Assembly (NCBI RefSeq): GCF_022539665.2
Contig: NC_081333.1
Location: 4,898,001-4,962,000, forward strand
Source: Daphnia carinata
Lineage: Eukaryota
Length of the DNA stretch: 64,000 nt
Reading direction: 5' to 3'
The first letter of the stretch is position 1. Each line of letters opens with the position of its first letter. The position numbers and the translations under genes were made by a program. The notes under the pieces were generated by a model, which saw only the letters and a program-made list of their open reading frames with translations, was not told where the DNA came from and made no database searches. This document shows, one piece after another, positions 1-13,223 of this stretch.

Positions 1-652
1 GAAACGCAATGAACCAGGGTAGACTGAGGGCGCTAGAGGAAGGACGCAGAGAGTGGTTTCACTCGGAGCGAGCCAATTCAACTCGAATGGGAACAACAAC
101 ATCGCAAAGAATGAACGTTGATGCCCTTCCGATCGATGGAAGATTCTATTGTTTAATGCCAGCACGCTGGAGCATTAGGCTGATGAATTAAAAGCCACAT
201 CAGCCACCCACATGCAGCCGATAAGATAGAAAAGGCATGGCCAGCAAAAGCATTTGAATATTTCCATAAAGAAACTTGAGTAAAACAAGAAGTTCAGAAG
301 GACGGAATGATGGGCATATGCAGCCAAATAGTTTCGAGAACTGGGAAGACGAGAGAAAAAGCAGCGTAAAGTAAATTTCCCTTGATCTGCACACGTTCCG
401 GCCATCGATGTGTTTTGTTACAAAAAAGCAGTCGTTGGTGTAAATCACTTTGGAAAACGAATTTAAGCAAACTACGCTATTCCTTGTTTAAAAAATTATT
501 TTGTTGGCTTCAGAGTTCTATGCTTTAAGTTTAAACAAATAGTAATACATAACGTGATGTATCTAGCCATATTTGGTTTTTCTTGTCTGTCTCTTCCTTT
601 TCCGTTCAAACTCGGTTCTCTGGTGCTCATTCTTGCTATTCATTTTCCACAG

Positions 653-3600
653 GATTAAGCAATCCACAGGACGCTGAACATCTGACGGCCATGGTGGGCG
701 ATTCGATCGTCTTTAACTGCCACATCGAGTTTCCGGAAGCCCATCCCGTTCCTTACGTCATCCAATGGGAGAAGAAGGTATGGTATTATTCTTCTTAGTA
801 GTATTTTCAGAATTTTTGTTTTGTTTACTTGCCGTAAAATATGCAGCTAAGGCCGGTCTGGTAAAACGTAAGCATATGGGCCTCACCTTCCTATATAGCT
901 CTCTTCTTATGGATAAAATACAAAAACCAGGCATCTTTAGTGCAAGACTTTGCATTTTACATTCAACGTAACATTTGAGCAAATAAACATTGAGCTATAC
1001 TCTATTAATGGCAATAACAGCAGTTTTATGTATAACTGCTCTACGGTCATTCGACATTGTAGCCGTTCCTAACATGCGTCTATATGTTTCAGAAGATGAT
1101 AAAGAAGGCGATGTGCCTATATTATTTGGTAATTGTAAACCAAATCGATATAAATGCTAACCAACCGTATTTTGTTATGGCATTTTTAAGGGGGTAGAGA
1201 TACCCATCTTCATTTGGTACGAAAACTACCTGCATACGGGCGAAGGATACGAAGGCCGAGTGTCTCGCGTGGCTCAACAAGGCTCCTCTCATTACGGCCT
1301 AGCTTCGCTCAATCTGACGCGGATACGCGAGTCCGACCAAGGGTGGTATTCGTGCTTGGTCAACTTTCTCAATCGTTCGCCTCGCCAGGACAAGAATGGC
1401 ACTCTCTTCCATCTCAACGTTCACGGTAAAAATTTGTAAACATAATTTTCTGTTTTATCCACTGGCTTTTGAAATGCTAAAGAATACCAATACGATTGAA
1501 TACTTAGCCCACAAAGCTTCGTTCTGAAAAAAAAAATGCCAGTTTAATAAGACATACATTCCGTAACAATCAAGTAATTAGAAATTTTTTTTTTTCATGT
1601 TAATATGATGACAGCACCGCCAAGGTTCACTATGACTCCCGAAGACGTGGTGTACGTCAGCCTTGGAGATCCTATCATCTTGAGTTGTCTAGCTGAAGGA
1701 ACACCTGTTCCGGAAATTCTCTGGTATCGCGATAATGAGCTAGTGCAAACTTCACCCTCTTTAGCGGTGGCTAATGATGGCACCGAACTGCGGATTTCAA
1801 GTATACGGCAGGAAGACATCGGCGACTACACGTGTGCAGCCAAGAATGGTCAAGGAAGTGTGCGGCATAGCACGAAACTCGTCGTAGCTGGTATGTTGTT
1901 TTTTCTTTTACCAAAAAACTCCATTACAGGTGAATGAATCCCAAGCTTTAGAACTAGTAAACGAACACGGGTTACTTCTCGGGACGTCTAGTATGTAATT
2001 TGCATCGCACACGGCTTATCATGTGTGCTTTAGCTCAAAGCCAAATTGATCTACCGTCTATTTTAGGGCGCCATGGTCCCGGAACCAAAAAAAATATAAA
2101 TAAAAAATCCAGAACATTTCAAAGAGCAAGTCCGTGCAAATCTGGGTGTTTTGGTGAATAGAATATCGATCTTGTAACTTATTGAAGTTCTTCGTTTGTG
2201 GGAGTAAAAATTTGACAAATGAACCCCAGACGTCCCAATTATGTAGTAACAACCGAAAAGCATTTCGATGTATTCCCAGTTATTTGCAAGAAAGACACAG
2301 TCTGAACACATTTACACACATAGAGTGGCAGTTTGAATGCAAAAATGAACCTAAAAATATCAGACAATCAAAATAAATATCAGTTAACACAAAGGCAATT
2401 CAGAAACGGGGAAAAAAGTCCAGCTTTTTTTTTGTGTAATGGCTTCCGTTTCTAGAAGAATGAAACGTGGGACATAGATAAATGTTTTCATAGAAAAAAA
2501 AATAGGTCGTCTACAAAAAATTTTTAATATTAACAAAAACAAACAACATTTTATAACCTTAAACTTAACGTGGTTGAAATCCATGTGAGCTAACCTGTAA
2601 ATGATCCGGATTCAACTTTATAACATGTGGGATTTCAAGTTACGAACAATAGACGAGAATAATTGATTGTCCCATTAACTCCATTGATCATGATTTTGTG
2701 CAACAGGAGGGGCGGTCATAATTGTTCCACCATTGAACGTTACAAGACTGGAGGGAGATAAGCTGGAAATGCCATGCGAAGCTCGAGGCCTTCCTGGCAA
2801 CTTTAGCGTCACTTGGTTCCGCGAGAACCACGCTGTTCGTTCAATTCCGTGGCTCGAGTCCCGTACTTTGCTTAAAAGAGACGGCACATTAGTTATCAGC
2901 CCCGTTCACTCGGACGACCGAGGACTCTATTCGTGTGAGGTCACAAACGGCATTGGAGAGCCCCAGAGAGCATCGGCCTACATCGAAGTCGAATGTAAGT
3001 AGAACTATCCCAACTAACCATTGAACCAGTTGCTGTTGTGCGTAACGCTTGAACTTTTTCATTTCAAGATCCTGCTCGAGTGACGTTCACCCCCACCGTT
3101 CAGTATCTTCCATTACGCCTGTCCGGCGTAGTACGATGCCACGTTGAGGCTCACCCGCCGTTCCAGTTCATCACGTGGACCAAAGACAAGCGTATCTTCG
3201 ATCCATTCGAAACGCCTAACGTCGGCGTCCTCAAAAACGGCTCGCTGCTTTTTGAAAAAGTATGATGTCTTATGGTGACGAGGAATATCATACGAACGGA
3301 TTGTCTATCAAGTTCTATTTTATTGATTTCACGTTTTTTGTCGTTGTTTGTGTCTCAATTTAGGTGACGCAAGAAAATCAAGGACGTTATACTTGCACGC
3401 CGTATAACGTGCACGGAACTGCGGGCTCGTCCGCCATCATGGAAGTACTGGTCCGAGAGCCACCGACTTTCGTGACTCGTCCCAAGCCTATATACCAGCA
3501 CAAGATCGACGATGACGTCCAGATGGCCTGCGAGGCTCAAGGAACCCCCAGTCCCCGCGTTACTTGGAGAAGGGTAACGCTATTGCCGTCCGCCAAATGT

Positions 3601-6600
3601 GTGGGATCCTACATGCTTTTCTTTTCTTAATTGGATGGACAGATGGACGGGCGGCCTCTGCCTCGTGACCGTTCCCGGGAGGAACTTGGCGTATTGACGC
3701 TGAGCAAGCTCCGCCGGGCGGATTTTGGCTACTACGAATGTCACGTCTCCAACGAAGTGGCTACATTGGTCGCCACTGCTCATCTGGTCATCGAAGGCAC
3801 TACGCCCCACGCTCCTTACAACATCACCACCGAATCCACCGAATTCTCTGTCAGCCTCGAGTGGCTTCCGGGCTACAGCGGTGGATCCGATTACTCTCAA
3901 AAATACGTTATTTGGTAAGTCCCTCCTTCATTTAGCCATCCCCTATTTGGTCAACAATAACACTGTGGCCACATTTGAACTTGTGCAATCGTATCAACGT
4001 GAACGAATCAGGTATCGACAAGAAGGTGCTACCCAGTGGATTCCTGTAGACGTTGACCCACCAGCAAACACAAAAACGGTCATTCACAATCTACAACCAG
4101 GAACCTCTTACGAGTTCCAAGTCATTGGCAAGAACATCTTAGGGGACGGTATGTTCAGCAACATCGTCAAGGAACGCACTAAAGGTATACACAATATAAC
4201 GTTTTAGCGCATAACCAATCCATAATAACTAAGAAGTAAGAATCGTGTTTTAAGAGTAACAATGCGCCTCTCCAAGTCAAAATATTTTTTATTTTGAAAC
4301 CAATGAATATTCCGAAACAACACATAGCAATAAAAATTCGCTGAATGTATCTCAGACATGTCTCGGAGGCATAAGTATAATAACAAAATTTCACGCACGA
4401 TCGACATGTCTTTGCGCTCAGGGCAAAGGCCACCTGACCCGCCACCTCCAGGTCCTAGTCGAGCGACCACTTCTCCGGCTCCGTCAAATAGCGGAGATTC
4501 TGACGGTAACTAACCATCTAATGAACAAACGGGAATGCACAGAGCACGCGTAGCTAAAATATCCCCTGTCTCGTTTTCCTAATTTTTGTTATGATATTTG
4601 CATCGTAAACTAGATTTAAATATTTCCAAGTGGCAAAGGCATTTGTTTATTTTTGAGTTTGAGTTCCTTTTTTTTTTATTCGTTTGCGTTTTAGAACTTC
4701 GGAAGTACAATGTGATCGTTTACCCAACGGATGCTCGTGGGTCTACATACATTCCCGCTTTATTTCGCCCAACAGGTTGGAATTATTTTCGGTTTAGTTT
4801 TTTTTTTTATGATGTAACCTTTTGTTCGTGAATGTGTTTGGTTTAGTGGTCTGTAGTACTTGGTGTACAAATCTACAGTCTAAAAATTCTAAGCAAATAC
4901 CAAAACTCAAAGGACAGCATTGCACATTATTTTTCATCTTCTGTACGTTTCCTAGGCCCACCTCCCACAGCACCAGAGAACGTGACACTGACAGAAACGT
5001 CCGACGGAGTTGTACTCTCATGGAGCTATCCGCGCAGAGGGAATATAGCAATTGCGTATTTCACTGTGGATTACTGCTACGACGACCAGTGGAGGCGGCT
5101 GAGCAAGACAGAGCTCAAACCCACCGAACATTATTTTCAAGGTGTTCGTCGATCCGATAACTAATCAACGAAACAATAATTGATTTTAAAAATATGTCAA
5201 GTTTGTTAACGCATTCGTGTTTTTTTTAGTAAAAAATCTTAGTCCCGGGAAGACCTACGTGTTCCGGATAAACTCGCATACGTTGACAAGCCAGGCCTCA
5301 AGCGAGAAGGTTACGTACATAATTCAGCGCAAAATCAAAGATAAAGCAATCACAGCTGGCATTGTTGGGGGAATTCTTTTCTTCATTGTGGCTATCATCT
5401 TGGCCGTTTGCACCGTAAAATGTGTCAACAAGAGGAACAAAAGACGAAGACGTGAACAAGAAAATGGTAATTTCTCACTATGACTTCGCATCCGTGGTGC
5501 CAAAATATTCCACTCGTCCTGTATTTGCACCCATGTCTACACTTCCGCATTTACCTTTCCATTTTCAGCAGACGGAAACATCAAAATCATATTATTTCAT
5601 TGAAGTTAAAATGTGCACCTTATTGAATAGGTTATAAATTTTCTTTGTAACCTTGTGCATTTTCCATATAGCTTACAGCATGGTGGCGTGTCAGATGTCA
5701 GATACTCGGAACGGCTGTCAGTCGGGCCCTGCCAAGTCGGTGCCTTCCAGAAAGTAAGCTTTTGTTATTTCTACATTTGTCTCTTAAAACGACGTTTGGA
5801 AATTAACAGTCGGCAAGAGCTGCTGTTTTTCTCAGTATTGGCGTGCACTGTATTGTACATAGAGTGTACTGTACCGTGTTCTATTCTCTAGAAATGTCTG
5901 ACCTAATACCAGAATGATAATTTTGCGACTCTTAGCAGCATGTAAGATACATTGTTTAGATACAGTCAACCAGCATAAGTGTGGAGAAGTCCGTCTAATG
6001 AGCCAATTGGTTTGACTTACCTTAATGTTTCTGTAGGCTCTCATCCGAGCTCACCTCCTCCGAGGCAAGCGTCTTAGCGGCTACTATAGCTAGTCTGATG
6101 CTCAACCGTAATAGCGTAGCGAGTCATCGTAAGAATCGCTCATTAACTTACCACTGGGAATTTTCCGTTTTCAAAGCGGCACATCCTGTTAACTATATTC
6201 TACCAATTTGACAATCTAATCCCACCGTTTGACGGCACAAAATCTTTCAGTCTCATTGACTGGAATCCCATGCAAGTTCTCACCTTCCCTATTCTTAGCG
6301 ACTAAGGTTTTGGGGTTCCCTTATGCGTACGAAAAAAACTTTATTGATTTATTTTTAAAAATTACTTTTACCATTGACATTGACCTATTAAATCGTGCTA
6401 TCCATGGGAACTGTTATCTGACGTCTTCTTTGTATTCTTTTTCTTCTCACGCTGCTCTTTTCGGGTACCTAAGGAGGAAAGGTGAGCGACGTCTGATTTC
6501 TCGTTTCGATTGTTTCCGTTTATAGAAGATTAGCTTCATTGCATGGCTTACCTCACACGTCATCTTAATTTTGAGACAAAAAAAATTATCGCAAGAACAA

Positions 6601-8949
6601 TATATTTACCAATTCACAAAAAAAACAAAAAAAAACAAAAAAACTGCTGTTCAAATCGTATTGGCGATTTCTTTGACGCATGAACACATAAAAGGAAACT
6701 AAATGGCGCCGCTTGATTTCTTCGACAACGAACGCCTTCTGCCTTTTTGGAGAAAAGGGCAAATAGAAATTGACACGAGGTTTCAATGGCAGTTGTTACT
6801 GTGAAAGTACGAATACAAGATAAATATATTGTTTGCGAATCTTTTCGGAATTCAATCCGGCAACTTCTTTTATGAACGCATGCTGTACGATTCGCACTGA
6901 ATACAGTCATTCACGGGCGAAAGCTCTCCGGAAAGTTCCGGACTACTTTGCACTTCAGTAATGCCAGTCCTTTAAGATACTGGAAGACGATGGCTGTTTA
7001 TTTACCAATTAATAACAAGCGTTTCTAAATTATTATTGTTGTTTTTTAAATATCATCACAGAGGATGGATTGGCCGATTGCCCTCTATAACGCGGCTGTC
7101 ACATGTGAAACGAGGAGCGGTCTCAATCCGCCATATTTTGCATATTTGTCCAGTAAAGTTGCGGGAGCAAGAGCGAGAAGGGAGAAGAGCGTCAACAGCA
7201 ACGTGGTCAGGGACAGCCAACCTGCAATCTGGATCTGAAACGACTAGCAGGGAGGCTGCTGATTGGCTCGAGTACGGAGCGGCTGAATTGCAGACACGGA
7301 ACGCCAGAAGGCGTTTGCAGGCTAGATACAACGTCCAGGCTGAATTTCTCCAACCAGCCGGATGGATTTCCCGAACACCAGAGGGCAAGTTCGTAGTCGA
7401 AAAAGAAGGTAGCCAACCGACCCATCCAATCTACGGCTACGGATCACCGCTCACAAGTCCCGTGGTGGAGAGCGGTGTTTACCGGATTGGCGGCGACCGT
7501 CTTATTTGGCCACGGCCAAAACCAATCTTGCGCAGGGAACTTAGCCCAGTACCACCCTATGGCCGGCCTTTACCTTCCATGATGTCGCAACCAGTTGCTT
7601 ATTCGTCAGCAATGTTACATGATCCTACCGTTATCTCTCCCCAGTTCGGCCGCCATACAATCCCACTCCAACCATCTTCTGCTGCGCCAGTGCTACCTAC
7701 AGGCCGGCGCGGAGCTATTCGATCAAGTTCGCCAGGTCCGGGACTGTTGCTGTCACCTTCATTGGCAAATTTTAGTGACATGAGTTCAGTTCATCAGCCC
7801 AGTTCGGCAGACCGGTCCTTACATACCACCCGTTCGTCACGCTTTTCGTCTTTTCAGAAACAACCTACACCCGATTTGCCTCCGCGCCAAACACGCAGAA
7901 TCAATCACTTTTTCCCAAACACTGCCGTTCTATCCTCTTCTGGATCACCAAGTCATTACACACGCGAGCTTCCTTCGTTGCTACCGATTCATCAGCAGCT
8001 GGTTGCCCAACAATTACCGGGGGAAACCTCACCTTTGCTAGAACAGATGCGTACTGTTCGCGCTGAAGTCCACTCGACTGAAACACCACGCAACGCATCC
8101 AAGCAAAGAGTTGAAAACGAGTTTGGCTTGCTGTTGAATACTGCAGGAAGACACTTTCACGCTCCACCTCCTTTCCGGCCGCCTCCACCACCAGTTTACC
8201 ATCAGCTGCCGTACACCATTTCGTATCCGCCGTCATTGCAGCGCCCGTTAGCTACGAGTTCACCACCGCGGAGTCGTCTCTTCCCTATTGGTTCTGCGCC
8301 TTTTCCTCCTGGCCATTACTCCCGACGTAGTGATGATCCGCTCGGTTCGCCCAGGCGACGCTCACCTCTGACCATAGCAGTCCGTTTAAGTCCATCTCGG
8401 ACACAGCAGAGATTGAGTGAGCGAAGTCGTAGTCAAATCGTTGAGTACTCTCCACAAAGCCAATCAAGTTCAAGTGGATTCGACAGTAAGAACACATCTC
8501 AACAAAACCAGAGTTCGCAATCTGGGTCCGGACAGTCGCAACTGGTGCCCACTGACTCTTCTACGGCACTATGGGGGATGTCTCCGCATAGCCAAGCGAA
8601 TTCCGGTGAATGTACGTACGTCAACTGGCCAGTCAAAGGACTAACAACTGCTTCTTTCTCTCTGCTTGATGCTAGTGTCGACAATCACTACGAATTCGAT
8701 ACGACGCAGAGTCCGAACGAGACGGGACAGGATCCTACTCTTCATTCGGCTACTTTCATTTCACCTCCTACAAGCAAATCTGTTGATGTTGCTGCAGACT
8801 CTTCCGGACCTGGACCAGGACGACATAGAAAAGCTGGGCCAATATCGGCACGATCAGAAAATATTGAAGCCAGAGTTCAGGCAATGAAGGAAGAATTTCA
8901 GGAATACCGGAAGCGAAGGGCTCGGGGTCTTCTCGAAAGTGCGTGTTAA
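653..8949 (+). CDS. tutl: Turtle / IgSF9-family Ig-superfamily cell-adhesion receptor (5 Ig, 2 FN3, TM, long Pro/Ser-rich cytoplasmic tail); multi-exon, first coding exon(s) lie upstream of the window
   Basis: Phase-consistent GT-AG exons: 653-777, 1191-1425, 1615-1890, 2707-2994, 3069-3259, 3364-3573, 3643-3914, 4012-4184, 4422-4505, 4695-4775, 4956-5141, 5230-5466, 5672-5753, 7062-8949. Peptides IPIFIWYENY, ASLNLTRIRESDQGWY, APPRFTMTPEDVVYVSLGD, VTFTPTVQYLPLRLSGVV, CTPYNVHGTAGSS, LEWLPGYSGGSDY and TM AITAGIVGGILFFIVAIILAVC closely match Drosophila Turtle as I recall it. Ends ...LESAC* (TAA 8947-8949). Confidence 0.93.
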
Positions 8950-9887
8950 CTTGCTGTTCTTAAATAATGACTGATGTTTGTGTTACTTTATTTATTCGTT
9001 TGATTTTTAATACTGAATGCCAGATAAAGAAGAAAACGAATACTCATTACTTTCAAATTACGCTTCATTCCACGATCGCTGCATTCCGCATTCTTTCCTC
9101 CAAGTCTCAATTCCTTGCTATTATTGACCGCAAATGTATACCTTGTAACAATGTGTGCATGCATTTCGTACATACAAACTTGATTCACGAAATTGCGTGG
9201 CAAGTGCCCTAAACGCAACACCTCGTCGTGAAGGTTGGATCACATTAGGCAGAAACATTAAATCTATCATACGAGTGAATGTCATTTACGTAGATTTTCC
9301 ACTGCCAATTGCTACTGTAATTAAATTCAGAAAACATTCATTTGCTTTCATTTTCACCCAATATTGATTACAGATTTATCAGCTTCATATGTAGTACATC
9401 AGATTATCAACAGAGCGACCTTTCCACGGGAGGCGAAGACCGTGTCAAAATGAGAAGAAATGGTCGCTCGCCTGGTCTCATATTTTACATAGTCTACTCG
9501 TTCGATTTAGCACACTTCCTTAGTTCAATTCTCCTTTGATCGCAATTTAAACGAAGATTTCAGTTCTCTTTTGAACGATTTTAATGGAAGAATTGTCGTC
9601 ATTGTCTTTGACTACGTATGTGTGTGCAAACTTGCGCCTGAAAATAACCATGTTTGATACGATACAGCTGGTATTACAGCTTGTGGGTGTGAAATCCTAG
9701 AATATAAATACTCTTGTTTCATGCCAGATTCCTGTTTCTCTATTTAAAGCAGAAACTCTGATGATTGGTTCTGTAACCTTACTTGGTTTCTTCCAGTACA
9801 AATTGGAGGCTTGTCTCACCCTTCACATGCGTTTACGTCATTTATTTTAACAATGCAGACAGTTTCATCATTAGATACATAAACACA

Positions 9888-10743
9888 TCAGCAACCTACT
9901 AATTGACTTTTCCCCGATAAAGTCTGCTTTAGTCTGGCCTGATCAATTTTCTTGGCTACAAAAAGAAAACATAAGAAAGGCAATAGTAATAAATATTATT
10001 CTTATGGTTGCCCAGTCACTAATCTTACTTGATTGTCGTTGATTTTTTTGACCATACAACATTTGCTGGCGAAAATTTGTTGCAATGCTAAAACCAGGTT
10101 TAGAAAACTTGTTCTTCCATTTTTTTGATGCAAGGATTGCTACACTAAAATCAGGTGATGTTACATCATCTGTCTCCAGTGGTATGTAATGTTCAAATCC
10201 TAAAAGTAGTAAAAAGGCTTCAATAAAAACAGTTTCCTATTAGATTTCTGTGGAACTACTTATGTGTTTGCTTGATGTGTCCTTTGATTTAAATTCCTTT
10301 CTCCGTTTTACTTTACTTCCTTCTTGGAATTGCATGGGCTGAGCAGAAATTGTATCCACCAGATTGTTAGGTAGTCTTTTTGAAACCAATGACTGTAAAT
10401 GTTTATGCTTCTGTTCTTTCATTAATGCTTCCTTTTTCTGACCCTGCTTTTTCTTTTCTCCCTTCGTAGTTTTCTTCATCTGTTCTTCTGCATTAAGAAT
10501 TGATAGTGCAGCAGTTTTTGCTTTACTAAAGGAAACTTCATCTGGAGCTTCATCCAAATCAGATGCAGGTTCGTTGATTTCCACAGCAGATTCTTTAGCG
10601 TACTTTCCTATCAAAACAATGTGATTAAGAGATGAGTGTCATCACAATCAGACAAAGTGAATCCTTCTAAAACCTGAGGGAATGTTGAAAACCAGATCAC
10701 TATCCTCTGGATCTGGACAATATTCATACTGAGTCGACGACAT
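9888..10743 (-). CDS. NOL7: Small basic nucleolar-type protein, NOL7/Bud21(Utp16)-like; 4 exons
   Basis: Exons 10743-10674 (MSSTQYEY...), 10607-10260, 10199-10029 and 9955-9888 splice in frame with short GT-AG introns. DEAPDEVSFSKAK, a Lys-rich coiled region, KRLPNNLV and FRQQMLYG resemble NOL7 DEAPEELTF...LLPDTIL...NSLYG. AATAAA on the - strand at 9841-9846. The gene is well supported; the family name less so. Confidence 0.6.
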
Positions 10744-11711
10744 TTCTCCTTTTCAAAGATACCTTCGCATGCGTCTGGGAAAAGCGTAATACAAACAGAA
10801 GATGATCGAAATCTGCTCACTAACAAGGCCTATTAGATTCAGGTCCTGGGTAGGGGGGGGGGAGCATGCAGCAACAGAGGGAAAAGCTTGCGGGGAATCA
10901 AGGCGTTGCCGTCATTCAATGTTTTAATACTTATTTACTGTTTATTTGGTAATGTTGTTATTTTTCTTAGGGCAACAAAATGCATATTCTCTTTGGAATT
11001 TTACGTTTACGTAAAATAATTAACTACGCTCCACATCCGATAAAAATTATTAAATGTAGAACAAATTTTAACGCGCACAAATGATGACAATAATTCATCC
11101 AAAAAGAATAAATAAAGGGATATAATGTAGAAATCGGTTGCACAGCGAGAATTTTACAGAAGCTCGGCAATGGTGCTTAATTTGGAACGTAAGCCAGAGA
11201 TAGCAAATAGGACACGGAGGTGTCAAAGCGCAGCATCTGGCGGCTAATTCTTCTCTCGTCATCATTAGCAGACGAATTCCCTACAAGGAAAATGTGCGAG
11301 GCGGTTGATTCGAATTTGGTCAAGGCAAAGCAGGGAATTTGCCACCTAAGAACACACAACGAAAGTTCTGTGATTCATAACACGGAGGGCGATGGAAAAT
11401 TCGATTAGGCGAAATAAGCCGTAATATCCTTCCGTACCCTCCCACCGTCCACACCAACCAAATAACATTGACACAAGACATTTTTTAGGTTTAAGCAGTG
11501 CATTTTCAGATTAAAACCAAAGCATGATACATACAAACGACATTCATACTCTCACACACACACACACATACACACGCACAACACGCAATAATTTTGACTA
11601 GGATATTACACCAAAGGTATACACATTTACACACGCAGTCATTCTTACAGACATACAACAGAATTTTGTCAATGCACGCTACTAATAATTTAGGCAAAAA
11701 AAAAGAGAATT

Positions 11712-12815
11712 TCACCACCTCGGACGTTTCTCGTCAGGAAGAGTTGCGGTAGCATCTTCTTCCCGCTTAAGTTTACCCACTGGTTTGGACGGTCCAGGAT
11801 TGACAAGTGTCTCTGAAAAAACAGGAGCTTTAGTTTTAACCAAATTATTAGCATTAATTAGTTTTTGCTTAGCCTCAGCCTCAGCCAATAGTGCTTGCTG
11901 AACCCGCTTTCTCGTAGCCTCCAAGACGTTTCTCTCTTTTTGTGATTGTACCCGTGCCACCCGTATGCGTCTAGGCTTTACGTCCCTGTATGTTTCCTCC
12001 ATAGGAAGCAGTTTTACCGGTGGTAACTGGCGCATCGTATCAGGTTCTGGTTTCGGCTACACAGGTATCCATATCCCTTGCAGCCGATTTAGATCAATCG
12101 AAACTGGGAGATATGGTCGAACGGTTGGCATTTTGTTGTTAGCTTGTGAATAGGTAGTTAGAATTTGAGCCTGAATATGGGTTGTAGGAGAGGTCTGCGT
12201 AGCTATTGGTTAAATAGTTCAGCAATTAAACTTTGCTACTTTTCAAATTCAAATAGACGATTGTAGGTAATGCATTCCGGATGGCGCGCAGGCCATACGC
12301 GACTGTTCATCCTTGAGAAGGCCAATAAGCCCTTGCCCGTGCAGTCTGTACACCATCCGGCGACTTTAATTCAAATTTGCTCATAGTCCGCCTTGGCTCG
12401 GCTCTCCCGCCACTCGCTTCCCCGTCAATAGAGGGTGGGATAGCCTGCGTGAGCAAGCAGGCCACCATTTGGGCAATTTACACTCAAGGACGCATTGCAG
12501 ACCAGGCAAAGCCTGGGTTGGGCATGTTGCAGCCAGTCTCACCTGAAACGCACAGGTTCGTCTTGAGACTAGCCACATTGTCGCAGCATTAATGCTGCAG
12601 CCTAGACCCATACCTTGGGAAAAAGAAAAATAAGTTTTTAAAAATAGCTCGTTGGAATTTTGTTTACTTAAAAAGTACGGCTAATACTTCCCGTAAGTGC
12701 GGCAGCAATTACGCTTTTTCCCGCTTAATATCTTCTGTTACCGCCGTCTGGTACGATGTCGGGATATCGGCGTCTTCGGTCCTCCTAATAGCGGAAAAGC
12801 AGTCGCGAAATTACG
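11712..12815 (-). pseudogene. Degenerate multi-exon gene of unknown family (CxxC...CxxC exon, then a basic/coiled C-terminal exon)
   Basis: Exon-like blocks (~12815-12670, ~12616-12260, ~12204-11712) read as coherent protein (LCLVCNASL...WCTDCTGKG; ...VQQALLAEAEAKQKL...KRPRW*) but contain in-frame TAA/TGA/TAG stops. No homolog recognised. Confidence 0.35.
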
Positions 12816-13223
12816 ATAATGTTTGGGAAATTCCGTTTTTCTGCCACCAGGTGGCACTTTCCAATGGTATTGTAAACTAGATATTCGTCTGCTATTGTTT
12901 TTTTTTTCTTTTTGTTTTAGTACTAGATGATACCCTCAAGCCGACCTAAATGCCCTTAAACAGAAAAACGGCACCCCAAAACCCAAAACGATCTTTGATC
13001 GGTCCAAAAGCCACCCGATTAACGTGGCGCCAAGGCTTGTCTTTTCAGGCCGAAGGGGTGCAAAGAAAATTTCGTTGAAATAGCGCCAACCCTACTTGTC
13101 TATATAACGCGAGAGCCCATACAGAAAGACATAAACAAAAGCTTTTTAACGTAATTGTTCGGTTCTCTCCCACACTACGTTAATTGAAACCTATTGTTAT
13201 TTCACCTCATGACACACACAGGA

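Noticed and set aside
7056..8887. Antisense and alternative-frame ORFs over the last turtle exon
   Set aside because: Shadow ORFs of a long coding exon, with no motifs.
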